DNA of 64,000 nt from Phoronis australis (GCA_002633005.1 NMRA01000632.1:1-64000), one strand, 5' to 3'. Positions 15,001-27,830 are shown, numbered from the stretch's first letter. Notes: a model not told the origin generated them from the sequence alone. Translations and numbers: made by a program.

Positions 15001-18000
15001 TAAATGTCGGCCCCTGATTCACAAGATAAATGATTTCAGCTTTACTTCTAATTATCAGATTTGTCATGGAATGGTTTCCACAGTTTGAGTTCAATCCAAT
15101 ATGTCCTTGTTAACTTATATGTTCCATTACAATACCACATCTCCCACAGTTTTAAATTAAATTCTTTTCAAAGAAAATCAGAGGGAAGCAGACCACAACC
15201 TCAACATTGTACGTTCCCATCAAAACTGCAAGCTACATTGCCATCCATTACCTGACCTGTTTATCCATAGCCAGTTTGCTATCCATAACCTGACCTGTTT
15301 ATCTATAGCCAGTTTGCCATCCATAACCTGACCTGTTTATCCACAGCCAGTTTGCCATCCATAACCTGACCTGTTTATCAACAGGCAGTTTGCCATTCAT
15401 AACCTGACCTGTTTATCTGTAGCCAGTTTGCTATCCATAACCCGACCCGTTTATCTATAGCCAGTTTACCAATCATGACCTGACCTGTTTATCAATCGCC
15501 AGTTTGGAGCAAGCCAATATGAGACATGTGGCACAGGCCTGTTCATCACTGGACAACTGAGTGAAGTAGGCCTTAATCTCCGGCTGATCTGGACCTTGCT
15601 TCTCTAGCAACAACTGTCGCAGCTGGTCGACGGGTCTAAGCTTGGACACCAGGTGGCTCCCCTGCGCAGTGAGTAGTACAAATCTGCGGATGGGTTCCAG
15701 GTGCTGAGTCACCACCTGCGGAGGATCAGCACGACGTGCCAACGGTAGGTCACTGGGATCGATGTAAAAGTTGGTTGGCGCGGTCGGAACCTCGGCCACG
15801 GCCCAGGTGTGACCATCAATAGCGTTAGTGTTCTGTAATTAATCATACAAAATGCTTACCATTTTTCATGACGAAGAACTTAAACATAGATTATGTCCCA
15901 TGTAAAATGCTTTACTCATGGCATAAACAATTTGATGTATGTTCTGATAAACATAATTATGTACTGTATGTTCATTGAAACAAGAACTGATTGATGAAAG
16001 TACTTTCAATTCATGAAATATGACCAAATACTACACTCAGTGACTCAGTTTTACATAGAATGTCGTAGACTAGGCCCAAAAAACAAATAACAATAACAAC
16101 GAAGAACCAGTCTCCCCACAAATCCCAAACCCAAACTATTTACAGTTATCGTAGTTTTCAGAAGCTATTAACATTGACGCAAAAATTGGGAAGAAAACCA
16201 GCAAAACATTATTCGCAAATCATTGAAAATTCAAGCCAAAAATTTTCACTACAACGTTTTTGACATGATGAAAGCAATGATCCCATTGTGCTGCTTAGTA
16301 TACAAGGAATGAGCGCAAAAAACACTGTTAAGTAAAGCATGTTAAAATCAAAATTGGTCACTTACAAACACCTCCATCAAGCTCTGTTGGAAGGGGAAGG
16401 AGTCAGGACTAGTGGTCCACAAGAGGTCGCTCTCGTTAGCCTGGGAGGCAGACATTAACAGGGTACCTGGACACAATAAAAGACTCAAAGCAATTTTCAA
16501 GGAGTTGACGTATATTCAAGAAGTTAGGGAAAAGCTAGTCCCGACACCTGACTCCAGTTTAAATATTGTGTTGAATGTGATTTGCTTTTAAAAACCAAGC
16601 AGGTGAAGTAAAACTTGTTGGATCAAACATAACCACGAGATTTCATCCATGTAAGGCAAAATAGCACTTATCTAAAAGACCGAAAGCACGAATTAAAGCA
16701 AACAGTGGTTCTTTCTCAAAGAGTCTACTGACTAAAAATGGCTTAGCCCGTTTCACAAAGTCAGACTAAGGTTAAAAGTCAAAAAATCTTTCTACAACTC
16801 GAACCCAAACGACAGAAATCCATAGCCTGCTTGTGAGCAGACAAAAGGTCAAAGTCAAAAGACGAAAAATTATTATAACTTTTTGCTATATGCTCTTTGA
16901 GAAAGAGGCCCCTGGAATGCTGACTTGTCCTGAGCAAGGAAAAGATCCAACTTAATACGCATGTCTCACTTATTTGAGTTCAAGCAACCTATCATCTACA
17001 TGTCATATGTATGCAACACTGAAGATCAACATCTTTAAAGAAAATCCCAGAGGAGTTAATTATTCATCTTTGAATAACCTTGATTATGAAGGTACTGAGT
17101 TGAAGGTCACCACGTTGCGTCAATTGCCAATGTTTGCTACAAATTTCCTTTTTAAGCAAATTAAAGATTCTTCATCTTCAGACCAGCTTTTGTTATTGGN
17201 ACCAAATACTACACTCAATGACTCAGTAAAATTACCTTATATTAGATAGTTTACATAGAATGCCGTAGACTAGGCCCAAAAAACAAATAACAATAACAAC
17301 GAAGAACCAGTCTCCCCACAAATCGCAAACCCGAACTATTCAGTTATTGTAGTTTTCAGAAGCTATTAACACTGACGCAAAAAATGGGAAGAAAACCAGC
17401 AAAACATTATTCACAAATCATTGATAATTCAACCCGAAAATTTTTGCTCCAACATTTTTGACACGATGAAAGTAATGATCCCATTGTACTGCTTAGTATA
17501 CAAGAAAAGACCGCAAAAAACGCTGTTACGTAAAGCATGCTAAAATCAAAATTGGTCACTTACAAACACCTCCATCAAGCTCTGTTGGAAGGGGAAGGAG
17601 TCAGGACTAGTGGTCCACAAGAGGTCACTCTCGTTAGCCTGGGAGGCAGACATTAACAGGGTACCTGGACACAATAAAAGACTCAAAGCAATTTTCAAGG
17701 GGTTGACGTACAATCAAGAAGTTAGGGTAAAGCTAGTCCCGACACCCGACTCCAGTTTAAATATTGTGTTGAATGTGATTTGCTTTTAAAAACCAAGCAG
17801 GTGAAGTAAAACTTGTGCAAGTTGGATCAAACATAACCACGAGATTTCATCCATGTAACGCAAAATAGCACTTATCTAAAAGACCGAAAGCACGAATTAA
17901 AGCAAACAGTGGTTCTTTCTCAAAGAGTCTACTGACTAAAAATGGCTTAGCCCGTTTCACAAACTCAGACTAAGGTTAAAAGTCAAAAAATCTTTCTACA

Positions 18001-21000
18001 ACTCGAACCCAAACGACAGAAATCCATAGCCTGCTTGTGAGCAGACAAAAGGTCAAAGTCAAAAGACAAAAAATTATAATATAAAATAACTTTTTGCCAT
18101 ATGCTCTTTGAGAAAGAGGCCCCTGGAATGCTGACTTGTCCTGAGTAAGGGAAAGATCCAACTTAATACGCATGTCTCACTTATTTGAGTTCAAGCACCC
18201 TATCATCTACATGTCATATGTATGCAACACTGAAGATCAACATCTTTAAGAAAATCCCAGAGGAGTTAATTATTCATCTTTGAATAACCTTGATTATGAA
18301 GGTACTGAGTTGAAGGTCACCACGTTGCGTCAATTGCCAATGTTTGCTACAAATTTCCTTTTTAAGCAAATTAAAGATTCTTCATCTTCAGACCAGCTTT
18401 TGTTATTGGTGGAGAACAACTTCCCGCAATTCTGACGAGAAGCTTGCCAAGACACAAAGCTTACCTTTGTGATAGTGTGCCATGTGTACTTTATTCGGTC
18501 GTTGTGGTGAGGTGGTAGTAGCGAACCCTGGTGGCAGGCGTACATGAACCAGTGTCAACATGTTCGGTCGGCCACCATTGGTGTTGAATGGGTTGGTCGT
18601 GAAGTACAGGCGGACACCTGTGAATGACAAGACACACTGACACACATGACACATTCTGTTTAGAAATTGAACGTGGTAAGCATTTCTCAATGTAAGGTAA
18701 TGGATGATATTATCGACTAGTCGGCGTATTTATCCAAATACCTACAAAACTGCTGGTTGCAAGAAACAGTCCTAAATAGGTACTCAACTAAGTTTCCTAA
18801 ATCTGCATAACTATGGACAAGTGAAAACTCTGATTGTCTTTTCTTACACTGTTTTAGTTTGCTGACTAAGTCAGTTTTTGGTTATGATATAAATCGAGAG
18901 TAAACTCTCAATATTTCCTAAAATAAGTATAGACATCTTTTCATGCAATGCAATTTATGAACTAAGTCCCTATTTTTCACCGAAAAAAGGTTCAGATTTA
19001 CTTATTTATTAGAAAATGTCATTAGACAACGAGGAGCTCATAATAAAGACAAAATGATAGAAAAGGATAACAATCTATGCAGAAGATGTAGGGAACTTAG
19101 TTGGGTGCCTATTTGGGACTGCTTAATGTATCTGGGCACAGTACCCCCACTCGTTTACTTTCACATTACTGCGGTGAATAAATAGATAGATGTAAGTGTA
19201 CCCTATATCTACCCCCTCTGATCAAGGTCTGAATCTGCACTTGCAGCCTTGCAGCATACAAAATGTCAAGAAACCCCAACAGTCTACTCTAGACAAACTT
19301 GATACTTTAAATCAGATAAATTCATTTGTTAATTATCCACAGTGTATCATAAAATCCCAAACATAAGGCCATGCCTTCATGTAAGGCAACAACTTATAAT
19401 TTAGCTATAAGACTGAGGCCTTACACAAGGGATCATTACATTTTAAGTGTTCCTAAAAATACACAATTTCCTCTCTAAGGTGATGACTTAACTTGACAAA
19501 ACATGCTGTAACATATTTGTTTTAATTGTAAAGTTTATTTTTCCTGAAGTGGTTTTAGCCAACCAAAATTATTAATCATCTTTGGCTGCAAGCCATTGTG
19601 GTAATGGCCGGAGGATAAAAAGCACAAGAAAAATAAAGACTAGCAGCTTTGCATCCAAATAAACAGTATAGATTTGTGTACAAACTAAGGGTTGTTCCAG
19701 CAAAAAATGTATGGGGGGAGGCACTTTTATTTTGTACCCACCGCCTATATTTTTCATTTATTTCTCCAACCCATTACCCATAATTTTTTAATTAATAGGA
19801 ATTGAAACATAAAATCCAACACTTGCAAACAAATTGCCTCCAGGATGACGTGTTAAGAAATTAGATGATTGACAGACAAGAACTAGTTGTCTTGTCCAAT
19901 ATTGTCAAAAACTAAAATAGCCAAGAGAGTGGTCGAATCAAAACCAAAATGACTTTTGTCAACGCATCCATCCCTGCTATATATTTTGTGCCAAATTTCC
20001 AGTTGTGCCCAGCACTTTTTGAGATAATGAACCTGTCTTGTCAAAAACTAACGGGGTGCCACAGTAGTTGAATCCAGTGTCAAAAACATGACTGGTGCCG
20101 GCATATTCTTGCGATATACTTCTATTTTGAATTTCACCATGATCAGTGAAGCTGTTTTGAGATAACATACAAGGAATGGCTTGTCGAAAACTAAAGCAGC
20201 CAACATGGGGTACCAAGCTTGCCAAATCCGTCCAGAAATTGACTGGTGCAGGCGCATCCTTGCCAAGTACCTCTATACCAAATTTCATCATGATCCGCCA
20301 AGCGGTTCTTGAGATAATTGATGGACAAGAAATGATAATGACAGACGGACGGACCATAAAGTTTTTGTGGGTGCAGAAAAATTCCATGTGAGATCACAAC
20401 TCATATCAGTTATCAGAAACATGCTTTTCAAAGACACCTGTGAGCAATACTTTTGACAGCCACCAGGTGTCTCTGTTCACCATGTGTCTGTAATGTCAAT
20501 AAGATTTTTTCAATTTCATGGATCTATGGATCTCTAACTGTCTCCACGAACACTTTTAGATTACTATGTCAAGTTAACATTGGAGCATGTCTATCTTACT
20601 CCTCATACTTTTTATTTAAAAATCATCAATTTTCTTATACGTGTTAACACCAGTTTAGTGTAACAGTTGCAGAAATTTTCATTCTAATATGACTGCAGTA
20701 CAACATCTCCTTGTAATCAAGTTGCCCATGACTTGAGTAATGGCGTAGTGTACATATTGCACTCTTTACACTGGCAACATAGGATTGTTTTAGTGTTTCC
20801 GGATATGTTTGGGTATTTGTCAAGTGAGTTTTGGTGAGTTTTTGATTTCTTTTGAGATGTGATTGGCTGAAAATATCAACCTGTTGAACATTTTACAGAT
20901 CAAGAAATACCACAGAGTTCTAATGCTTTACTTCTTACAAGAACGACCACCCATAATTTGAGTTTTTTTTTGAAGATCACCACCCATGAATTTTTATTTC

Positions 21001-24000
21001 AACTGCCATACCCGCCTCCCATACAGATTAGCTGGAACAACCCTAAAGGACATGGCCTTATATTCAAAATTATTACATTCTTAAAGATGCTCTTTCCTAT
21101 ATATTCACCAATTTAGAACACAGGGCGAGTTTCGTCAGTCAGAAGATACCACTAAAATACGAACATTTGTCAACTTTCAGCTCCGTTTGTGTTTGCCTTA
21201 TTTCAGTGTTAATCTTTTAAAAAAAATTAAAAAGTGGGCGGGATTTCCACGAAAGCCTCATTACAGAGTGAGTACCCATAATGCATGAATCAGCTGTTAC
21301 TCATTAATGTGGCCATTTTAGGTAGTAGTACACCACCAAATCAAAATTAAATTAATATTAAAAGTCACTTAAATTTGAAAACATTTGGTCAGGAGCTGTA
21401 TTGAATGGGCATTATTTGAGCTTACGTTCTGACTGACGCAACTTACGTTGCGGAGTTTTTAACTGAACACAGAACACACTATTTCCAAGGTCTCATATGG
21501 GACTTTACAGTATAGTGACAAGGTATAAGTTTGTAGACAAAGTTCAAACTCCCTCACCGGCATGTGTTACTGCCACCAGGTGGATGTTGACAGACTCTTG
21601 TTTAGTGATGGCGGCTATGTGGACGATGGGCTTGAAGTTGGACCGGTCGATGGTTCTGCACAACATAAAGGTAGAGTATGAGAATGGGATTCCGAACAGG
21701 ATTCACAGATACGCGCCATCTGGTGGTAATACAGGACAACATCAACCATGATACTGAGCTAGATGATATACACCAGGAAAATATCAACCATGATACTAAG
21801 CTATATGATATACACCAGGATAATATCAACAATAATGAGATGCTACACATTATCTGATACTGAAGAATAAGTCAGGTCACAGTGAGGGAGAGCGACTATA
21901 ACTTAACGCAGGATTACATCACTTTTGATACTAAGACAATGAACAACACCGTCAGGTGGTATTGAGTAAAATGTGTTCTTGGACTCTAAATACAGTTTCT
22001 GCAATTCTCCATTTTGTACAAAAATTCCCAAAATCGCAGTTTTCTATTTTTCAAACGCTATTACATTAACTGCAAATAATGGACAATTCACGAAAGTTGA
22101 CAGCAGAAACCATGCTAGTAATGAACTAAAGCTTTTTCAATCTTTATTTTTGTGGAGACAAAATTTCACATATTACACACATTGTGTGCTAAATATGTGA
22201 AGAATTACCGACTGGCCCAATCTCAGACTAGTCTCCAGAAACGAGTCTCAGTGTTAGAGTATGAATTATCATTGTCGACTCTGTCATGTATTCATAATAT
22301 AATATACGTGTCACTCAATGTCTCCTGTCATTCAGGGTTCTACTGCACCTGGAGACATATTCAGAGACTACACAAAATTCTCACGATCCAAAACAGTGAC
22401 ATATTACACCATCACTCACTTGGCAACTAATGCAGCATTCTGTACAGTGGTGCTCTCTGACACCGCCGCTATGCGACTCATCCCTTTCCCATCCATGGCC
22501 ATGTCGAAGACTTGGATTGTTCCCTTCTCTGATCGGGTGTACACAATGTGGCGAGAATCGTCTATGCTTATTTGAACAAGTGGATCTGTAAACAAGAAAC
22601 CTAAATGCTGAAACCATAACTACATGCTGCATCCCTTAAGGGCAATGCTGGGGCGTTAACATGCGACTAAGATGCATAGAAAACAATATGTTTCTAACGG
22701 ACACTAGGAGGTGCAGCAGTCGTCAAATCTGCCAGAAAATTGGATGGTGCTGGCACACTGACATTATACTGAAAATCCCCTTGTCATGATGCTGCAGTGG
22801 TTCAACCTATTCCAAAAACAAATCGTTCGGTGCATTAACATCACATATGTCTGTGCCAAGTTTCGTTGACATCTGTCAATCAGGGGGCGGGGCAGATTGA
22901 AAAGTGGCATGAACCGTTCTAGTGATGCCCTTTACCACTGTACCAAATTACATTAAGTTCCTACCACCAGAGGTTATCGAGATGTTGAGCAGACATCCGA
23001 ACAACTGAACAAAGTGATGACTATAAGCGACCACGTATACATATGTGGCTGCATAAAAACAACAGTTGAAATATTTCAATTTGACCATTTGTCAACAGAC
23101 TTATTTTATAGCAGTCAAATTGTCAACAAAGTGAAATTTTCTTCTTGAAACATACAGATGGGGGGAGAAAGGTCCGCCTCAGAAAAACAAAAAGTCTGAG
23201 AAACGAGACAAAAGTCCACTAAAAGGCGCAGACACACAGTTCACAGTGTGAAGGTGGTACCCCGTTTTTTTAGTCCTCCCGCTTTTATAGTCAGCAAAAG
23301 GTCCACACCATAAGAAATTCGAGCCCCCATATTAAAGGCTGGGTGCGCGCATGTAATTGATTGTGCTGTACGCAGCCCTACAAACTTCATGCCCACCAAA
23401 AAGACCCTGTGAGCTCTCTTTTTGGCACAGTAAAATCAACGGCAGGGGCTCGTTCAGAAATCCCTGGCATTATTTTTGTCCGTAACTGTATTCTATTGCA
23501 GCACATATTGCTACCTTAAGTGAGTACCAGGTAAACACTTACCATCATCAGCAAAAGAGAAATTAAGAAATGATGGTATGAACAGCGAAAGTGCACTGGT
23601 AGAGTGGTTGATTTTTCGACATCTTCGACTAAACCACCCATCCTCTGCCTGAAATAAAAAGGTTAAATCTTATTTGTCTTTGATGTTAAAGTACTTATGG
23701 AAAGTCTAATTATAGTTTCAATTGAATCTGAGAAGCCACTTCAGATATCAGAAGCCCCGAACTAAGACAAATTTTGACATATTTTTTCTATGGATTACTC
23801 ATCACCACAGACTTTGTCAAAACTGCAAATTTTGTCATGACAGTAGAAAATCGCTCTGACTTCATGTTAGCTGAGATATCGATAGCTCTCTTATCAGTCA
23901 AATGTCCCTTTTCCAAGACTGGAATACTATGATTTTACATTGAAAAGAACTGACACAGTGCTCCAGATGAGGAATTGTGAGACATGGCCAGAGACCACCA

Positions 24001-27000
24001 CGTTACTAGAAAATTGACCAATTTGGCCTAATTCCTATTTCGAGCATGGTGATGTGTGTATGGCTAATTATTTATCAAATCAACTCTACAGTAACATTTG
24101 GTGATCTCGGGCGGGTAATGTACCTGATAAACCAGCTCGTAGAGACAGCCATCTTTACTGGCCATGAATATCCTGCCGTTGTCATCACCGTTGATGTTCA
24201 ACATATAGGCGTTGTCCGTCGGGATGGAGAACAGGGGCTCCGGCAACAGGTGCATCTCGCCCACGCCTTCGTATGCATCTGCAAAATCAACACCTGTCAC
24301 AATGGTGAAGGAATGATGGGTGTATACAGGGTGACTGAGGATCACTGGCCATTATTAAAGACCACAGTACAGTGGTTTTCAAAAACAAGTCGACTATTTT
24401 TCTTCTAGACAAAAATCGGAGAAACTGGGAAGCAAAACATATCTGGCTAATTTCCAAGCGATTCAGACAGTATTACTTTTCATTTGTTTTCTGTGTCGGC
24501 TTTCCAGATAACTTCGCCGAAGCCGGACGAATTTTGTCAAGCCCAATTTTTTCAAAATCACTATAGATGCAACAAGTAATCTCACACAATTCTGTTTCCC
24601 CCTTACAACGACTAATACCGTTTACGACAAAAACAACGGGGAGTGACTCATCAATTGCATGGGCAAAATCCGTACCGTAGAACGGCGTTTCCACCTCGCT
24701 ATCATTCTGGTAAATTCCATGCTATTCCTCGTCATGACAAATGAATACTAAATGACAGTGAATCTTCTTTATCTCGGGGGAATTTCAGATCATTTTGAGC
24801 GATTACTTTACCGAGCACCGTACGTTCTTATGCTCCGATGCAAATCCAATTTCCAGACTGTAGCATTCACTATACATCGAAAGCACTTAAAATAACACAG
24901 CACAGCAGATCCCAGGATCGCAAACAGTAAGACACACAAGCAATGTACTTCAATGGTGAGTCTTGTCTTACTTCGATTGTGCACTTGTTAAATGAGAAAA
25001 TTCTGAAACACGGCAATATACGATACTTTCCACGATTATACTACTAACAGGGTGGTGCTCACAAGAGACATTTTCTGTGTATAAACCCCACCCTCAACTT
25101 TTTTGTCTTTAAGTCTCAAGTTGCACGTTTTTGGGACTTTGAAAGGGCGCAGTCTTGTTTTTTTTTACAAAAACGCCCGCATTTCACCTTGTTTGAAAAG
25201 CAACAGAAAAAACGTTCTTGTTGATGTCAAGAAACACGAAAAAATTCTGAAAGATAAGTGTGTGTAGGTAAACTATCTATTGCCGTTCTGACAATACTTA
25301 CCTTTAGGCACGGCAAAGCTTACTCCTAATAACACTATATCCACAGGAGTAGCCAGGCAGAGTAAGTACTGAATGTGTGGTTGAAATATACCTGCAAGCA
25401 GAAAATTTTGATAAATTTGCCCAGCTCACAAGTATGCAAAATCTAAATGTTATGAAGACTATAATCCCCACTGAAACTCAAGAAATCAATCAGTTATGTA
25501 ATTTGTTAAACATGTTACGTGTTTTGAAAATTTATTTAATTTCCCTGTCTACACATACGCACATGCATGCACGCACGCACGCATGCACCAACCCACCAAC
25601 CCACCCACCCACACACCTGTACTGCTGTAAGCCCATCCCCTCACTTTTGGGGTACCTACCTACTTGGGTATAAGCCCACCTATAAGTCCATGTCAAATCA
25701 ACTTTTAACTTGCACCTTGTCGTTAAGTGTGCCTTAAAAACAGAACCCAACACTAACATCGAAAGTGTGCTGGCCGCTTATGGGCTAATCCACAAATCAA
25801 GCACATGGACTTATTCACGAAAGTCTGACATAAACCTACCAGGGTACAAGGTCACTCCCCTTTTTGAAGCTCCTCAATGACAAGCCAATCAATTTATACC
25901 TGAGTGGATACAGTGTATCCATTACCTGGTTTGTTTTTATGCACAATTCTAACACACGTATACTGTGTTACCTGGTTTGGGTTTCACAAGTCCAACGCTG
26001 ATGATTGTTTCACTGAGTCCATCAAAATACGCAAGGTCTCCTCTGAAATGAGGACAAGGAAAGAATTTTAAAAAGACGACAAAAATTTCTTCAAAGTTCA
26101 CAAATGAACACATGCAGTAACCTGAGTAAAAAGCCACCTAATTCGGTTACAATTACCAACTGATCATTTTTCAATAGTATTATTATGAATGCTAGCAATT
26201 TTTAAAATATTGAAAATGGTAAAATATTACTTTTGTACTTTTGCCACTCATTTATAAATTGCACAATAATGTGAAAATAAAAATTGCAGTCGTATTGTGC
26301 CTTCAACAGGTTAAACTTTACTGTGGTGTAAACCAAGCACAACAGAAAAAGCAAGATTGTTTTTGAGACCCTTAGCAACTTCTTACAACTATTTGCAACA
26401 AAAACTACATTTCTTGCGTGCACGACTGATGGCCCAGTGTCCAAATGGTACCGTGTTCCGTTGTGCAGACTGCACCATCAAGTTAATCACAATGTACAGA
26501 GGTCACGCTGGTACACCTACACCACTAAGGCGAGAAGACCAGGGACAGCTTTTCCATCATATTCCGTACAAGAGGGACAGTTGTTAAAGTTTTAATAAGG
26601 TAAATCCAGTTGAATCGCTCATAATACACTGTTATTGCCGCAAGTTGACTCACCCATCTTCATACTTCCACACAAATATGTCACTGTCGATAGACAACCA
26701 CGCTCGACTGATCTCAGGAAACAATCCCATCATGCAATTGCACTGCATGTGGCCGAACTGCTCAACAAGCTCGGCAGGCAAAGGTACTCGACGAACATTA
26801 CCAAGGACAGGCAGAGTAGACAGTCCACTTTGCACCTCAACCAAGTCAGGGTAGTCGAAGTCGTTGAGACCGCTGACACTAGGGTTCTCTGAATGACAGA
26901 TATTGCATAACATCACTTTTAAAATCTAGGAAGCCAGGGAGGCATTCCATAGATCTATGAAGGGCAATCATAAAAAATCAAGATCACACACGACACATAA

Positions 27001-27288
27001 AATCACGAGACATAGAGTCAAAGGCCAGTGTTTACCAAGTATGCTCAAGACTTTATTAACACAACCTGGAATGAAATGGCATCCAACAGGTTTTGAAATG
27101 AAGGTGCACAATGAAAGCCGAGGCACTGAAGACATGAACTTACTGTGTGTTGGCACTTTCAAAAGGTCAGAGAGGTCACTGTACTGTTTATCCACTGTTA
27201 GATGATGATCAATCACCTTGGTAGCACTCTCTAGAGCGACCTCTGCAGGGGAAACCATGAACGAAGGTCCACTGAGAAATGTGGCCAT
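1..27288 (-). CDS. NUP155: Nuclear pore complex protein Nup155, 5' part (23 coding exons; 3' end lies beyond base 1)
   Basis: Exons read by hand, all GT-AG and phase-consistent: 27144-27288 ([13 protein letters not shown]), 26654-26888 ([45 protein letters not shown]), 25972-26042 ([23 protein letters not shown]), 25302-25391 ([23 protein letters not shown]), 24124-24293 ([19 protein letters not shown]), 23543-23648 ([13 protein letters not shown]), 22420-22585, 21558-21655, 18465-18617 (GVRLYF...[10 protein letters not shown]), 17564-17664 (copy at 16366-16466), 15485-15832 ([12 protein letters not shown]...[10 protein letters not shown]), 14118-14247 ([16 protein letters not shown]), 11895-12005, 10013-10187 ([18 protein letters not shown]), 9234-9306, 8547-8659, 7610-7817, 6857-6916, 5513-5722 ([14 protein letters not shown]), 3577-3773 ([10 protein letters not shown]...[10 protein letters not shown]), 2201-2351, 1328-1432, <1-130 (DLLWKYYEK). 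These motifs match my recollection of metazoan NUP155. Confidence 0.97.
975..1135. repeat. Interspersed repeat, inverted copy at about 36380-36530
   Basis: ttttggcaat..tttttgtccgaaatt..tgagattttac matches the reverse complement of gtaaaatctcagcaatttcggacaaaaagaattgccaaaa. Confidence 0.7.
2846..3182. repeat. 33-bp minisatellite, about 10 copies
   Basis: Unit ctggtgtacgcagtgtgcgaccttatagaggcg. Confidence 0.95.
3952..4129. repeat. 29-bp minisatellite, about 6 copies
   Basis: Unit aagcaagtaaaattgtcttcttatttact. Confidence 0.95.
4481..5286. mobile_element. PIF/Harbinger-type non-autonomous DNA transposon (MITE), 806 bp
   Basis: About 35-40 bp terminal inverted repeats (GGGCTGTTCCAG.AAAATC.GT.TGGGAGGGGGGG), flanked by TAA on both sides (4478-4480 and 5287-5289). 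Confidence 0.85.
6495..6712. mobile_element. Foldback/palindromic MITE
   Basis: Arms tctaatcctatttgcacttgatgacccta ... taggggtcatcgagtgcaaacttggactaga; a related copy is at about 9665-9865. Confidence 0.65.
9665..9865. mobile_element. Diverged second copy of the foldback MITE
   Basis: Shares tctaatcc...cacttg.t.accc.a.cattaaagcta...gaaatctcaa...tcatc.agtgc.aac.tggac with 6495-6712. Confidence 0.55.
10206..10870. repeat. 35-bp minisatellite with a 117-bp higher-order repeat
   Basis: Unit tgcatcattacacaactgtacactacacactacac; variant units recur in a 35+35+47 pattern. Confidence 0.95.
12283..12630. repeat. 34-bp minisatellite (about 6 homogeneous copies plus degenerate flanks)
   Basis: Unit ttttgcctgttcaaaatattcttaagacagaaac. 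Confidence 0.95.
15240..15506. repeat. 38-bp minisatellite overlapping a NUP155 exon end and donor site
   Basis: Unit on the minus strand aaactggctatagataaacag|gtcaggttatggatggc, about 7 copies including the exonic one. Confidence 0.93.
16023..18409. repeat. ~1.2-kb direct duplication (16023-17199 / 17201-18409) joined by a single N
   Basis: Near-identical copies with scattered SNPs and small indels; N at 17200. Confidence 0.95.
19689..21043. mobile_element. Second copy of the same Harbinger-type MITE, opposite orientation, with a nested insertion
   Basis: TIRs GGGTTGTTCCAGC / GCTGGAACAACCC with TAA on both flanks. Internal sequence is the reverse complement of 4481-5286 (for example gacagacaagaactagttgtcttgtccaatattgtcaaaaactaaa), interrupted at about 19923-20437. 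Confidence 0.85.
19923..20437 (+). mobile_element. Helentron-associated (HINE/DINE-1-like) non-autonomous element nested in the MITE
   Basis: Three diverged internal cores (aaatttc....gatc.....gc.gtt.ttgagataa), an ACAGACGGACGGA microsatellite seed and a GC-rich 3' segment before an A-run. The segment is absent from the sister MITE copy. Confidence 0.55.
21740..21840. repeat. ~42-bp tandem repeat, about 2.5 copies
   Basis: atcaaccatgatactgagctagatgatatacaccaggaaaat. Confidence 0.8.
22590..23060 (+). mobile_element. Helentron-associated (HINE-like) element
   Basis: Starts AACAAG, contains ccaagtttcgtt / ccaaattacatt core motifs, and ends in an imperfect hairpin gcgaccacgtatacatatgtggctgc followed by ataaaaa. 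Confidence 0.5.
25553..25617. repeat. Compound (GCAC)n/(CCCA)n microsatellite
   Basis: Directly visible. Confidence 0.85.
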
Positions 27289-27428
27289 GGCTAATGATAT
27301 CAACCTGAAACACAAAACAAGACTCAGAGAAAAGCATACATATCAGTGCTTGAAACATTGTGACGCTATCTCTGCCATTCAGGAAAATAGAACTGTTCAA
27401 ATACCTCAGGAATTGCAATTTCTTTGGA

Positions 27429-27830
27429 NNNNNNNNNNNNNNNNNNNNNNNNNNNNNNNNNNNNNNNNNNNNNNNNNNNNNNNNNNNNNNNNNNNNNNNN
27501 NNNNNNNNNNNNNNNNNNNNNNNNNNNNNNNNNNNNNNNNNNNNNNNNNNNNNNNNNNNNNNNNNNNNNNNNNNNNNNNNNNNNNNNNNNNNNNNNNNNN
27601 NNNNNNNNNNNNNNNNNNNNNNNNNNNNNNNNNNNNNNNNNNNNNNNNNNNNNNNNNNNNNNNNNNNNNNNNNNNNNNNNNNNNNNNNNNNNNNNNNNNN
27701 NNNNNNNNNNNNNNNNNNNNNNNNNNNNNNNNNNNNNNNNNNNNNNNNNNNNNNNNNNNNNNNNNNNNNNNNNNNNNNNNNNNNNNNNNNNNNNNNNNNN
27801 NNNNNNNNNNNNNNNNNNNNNNNNNNNNNN
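27429..27830. other. Assembly gap (N run) in the first NUP155 intron
   Basis: Run of about 402 N. Confidence 1.
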
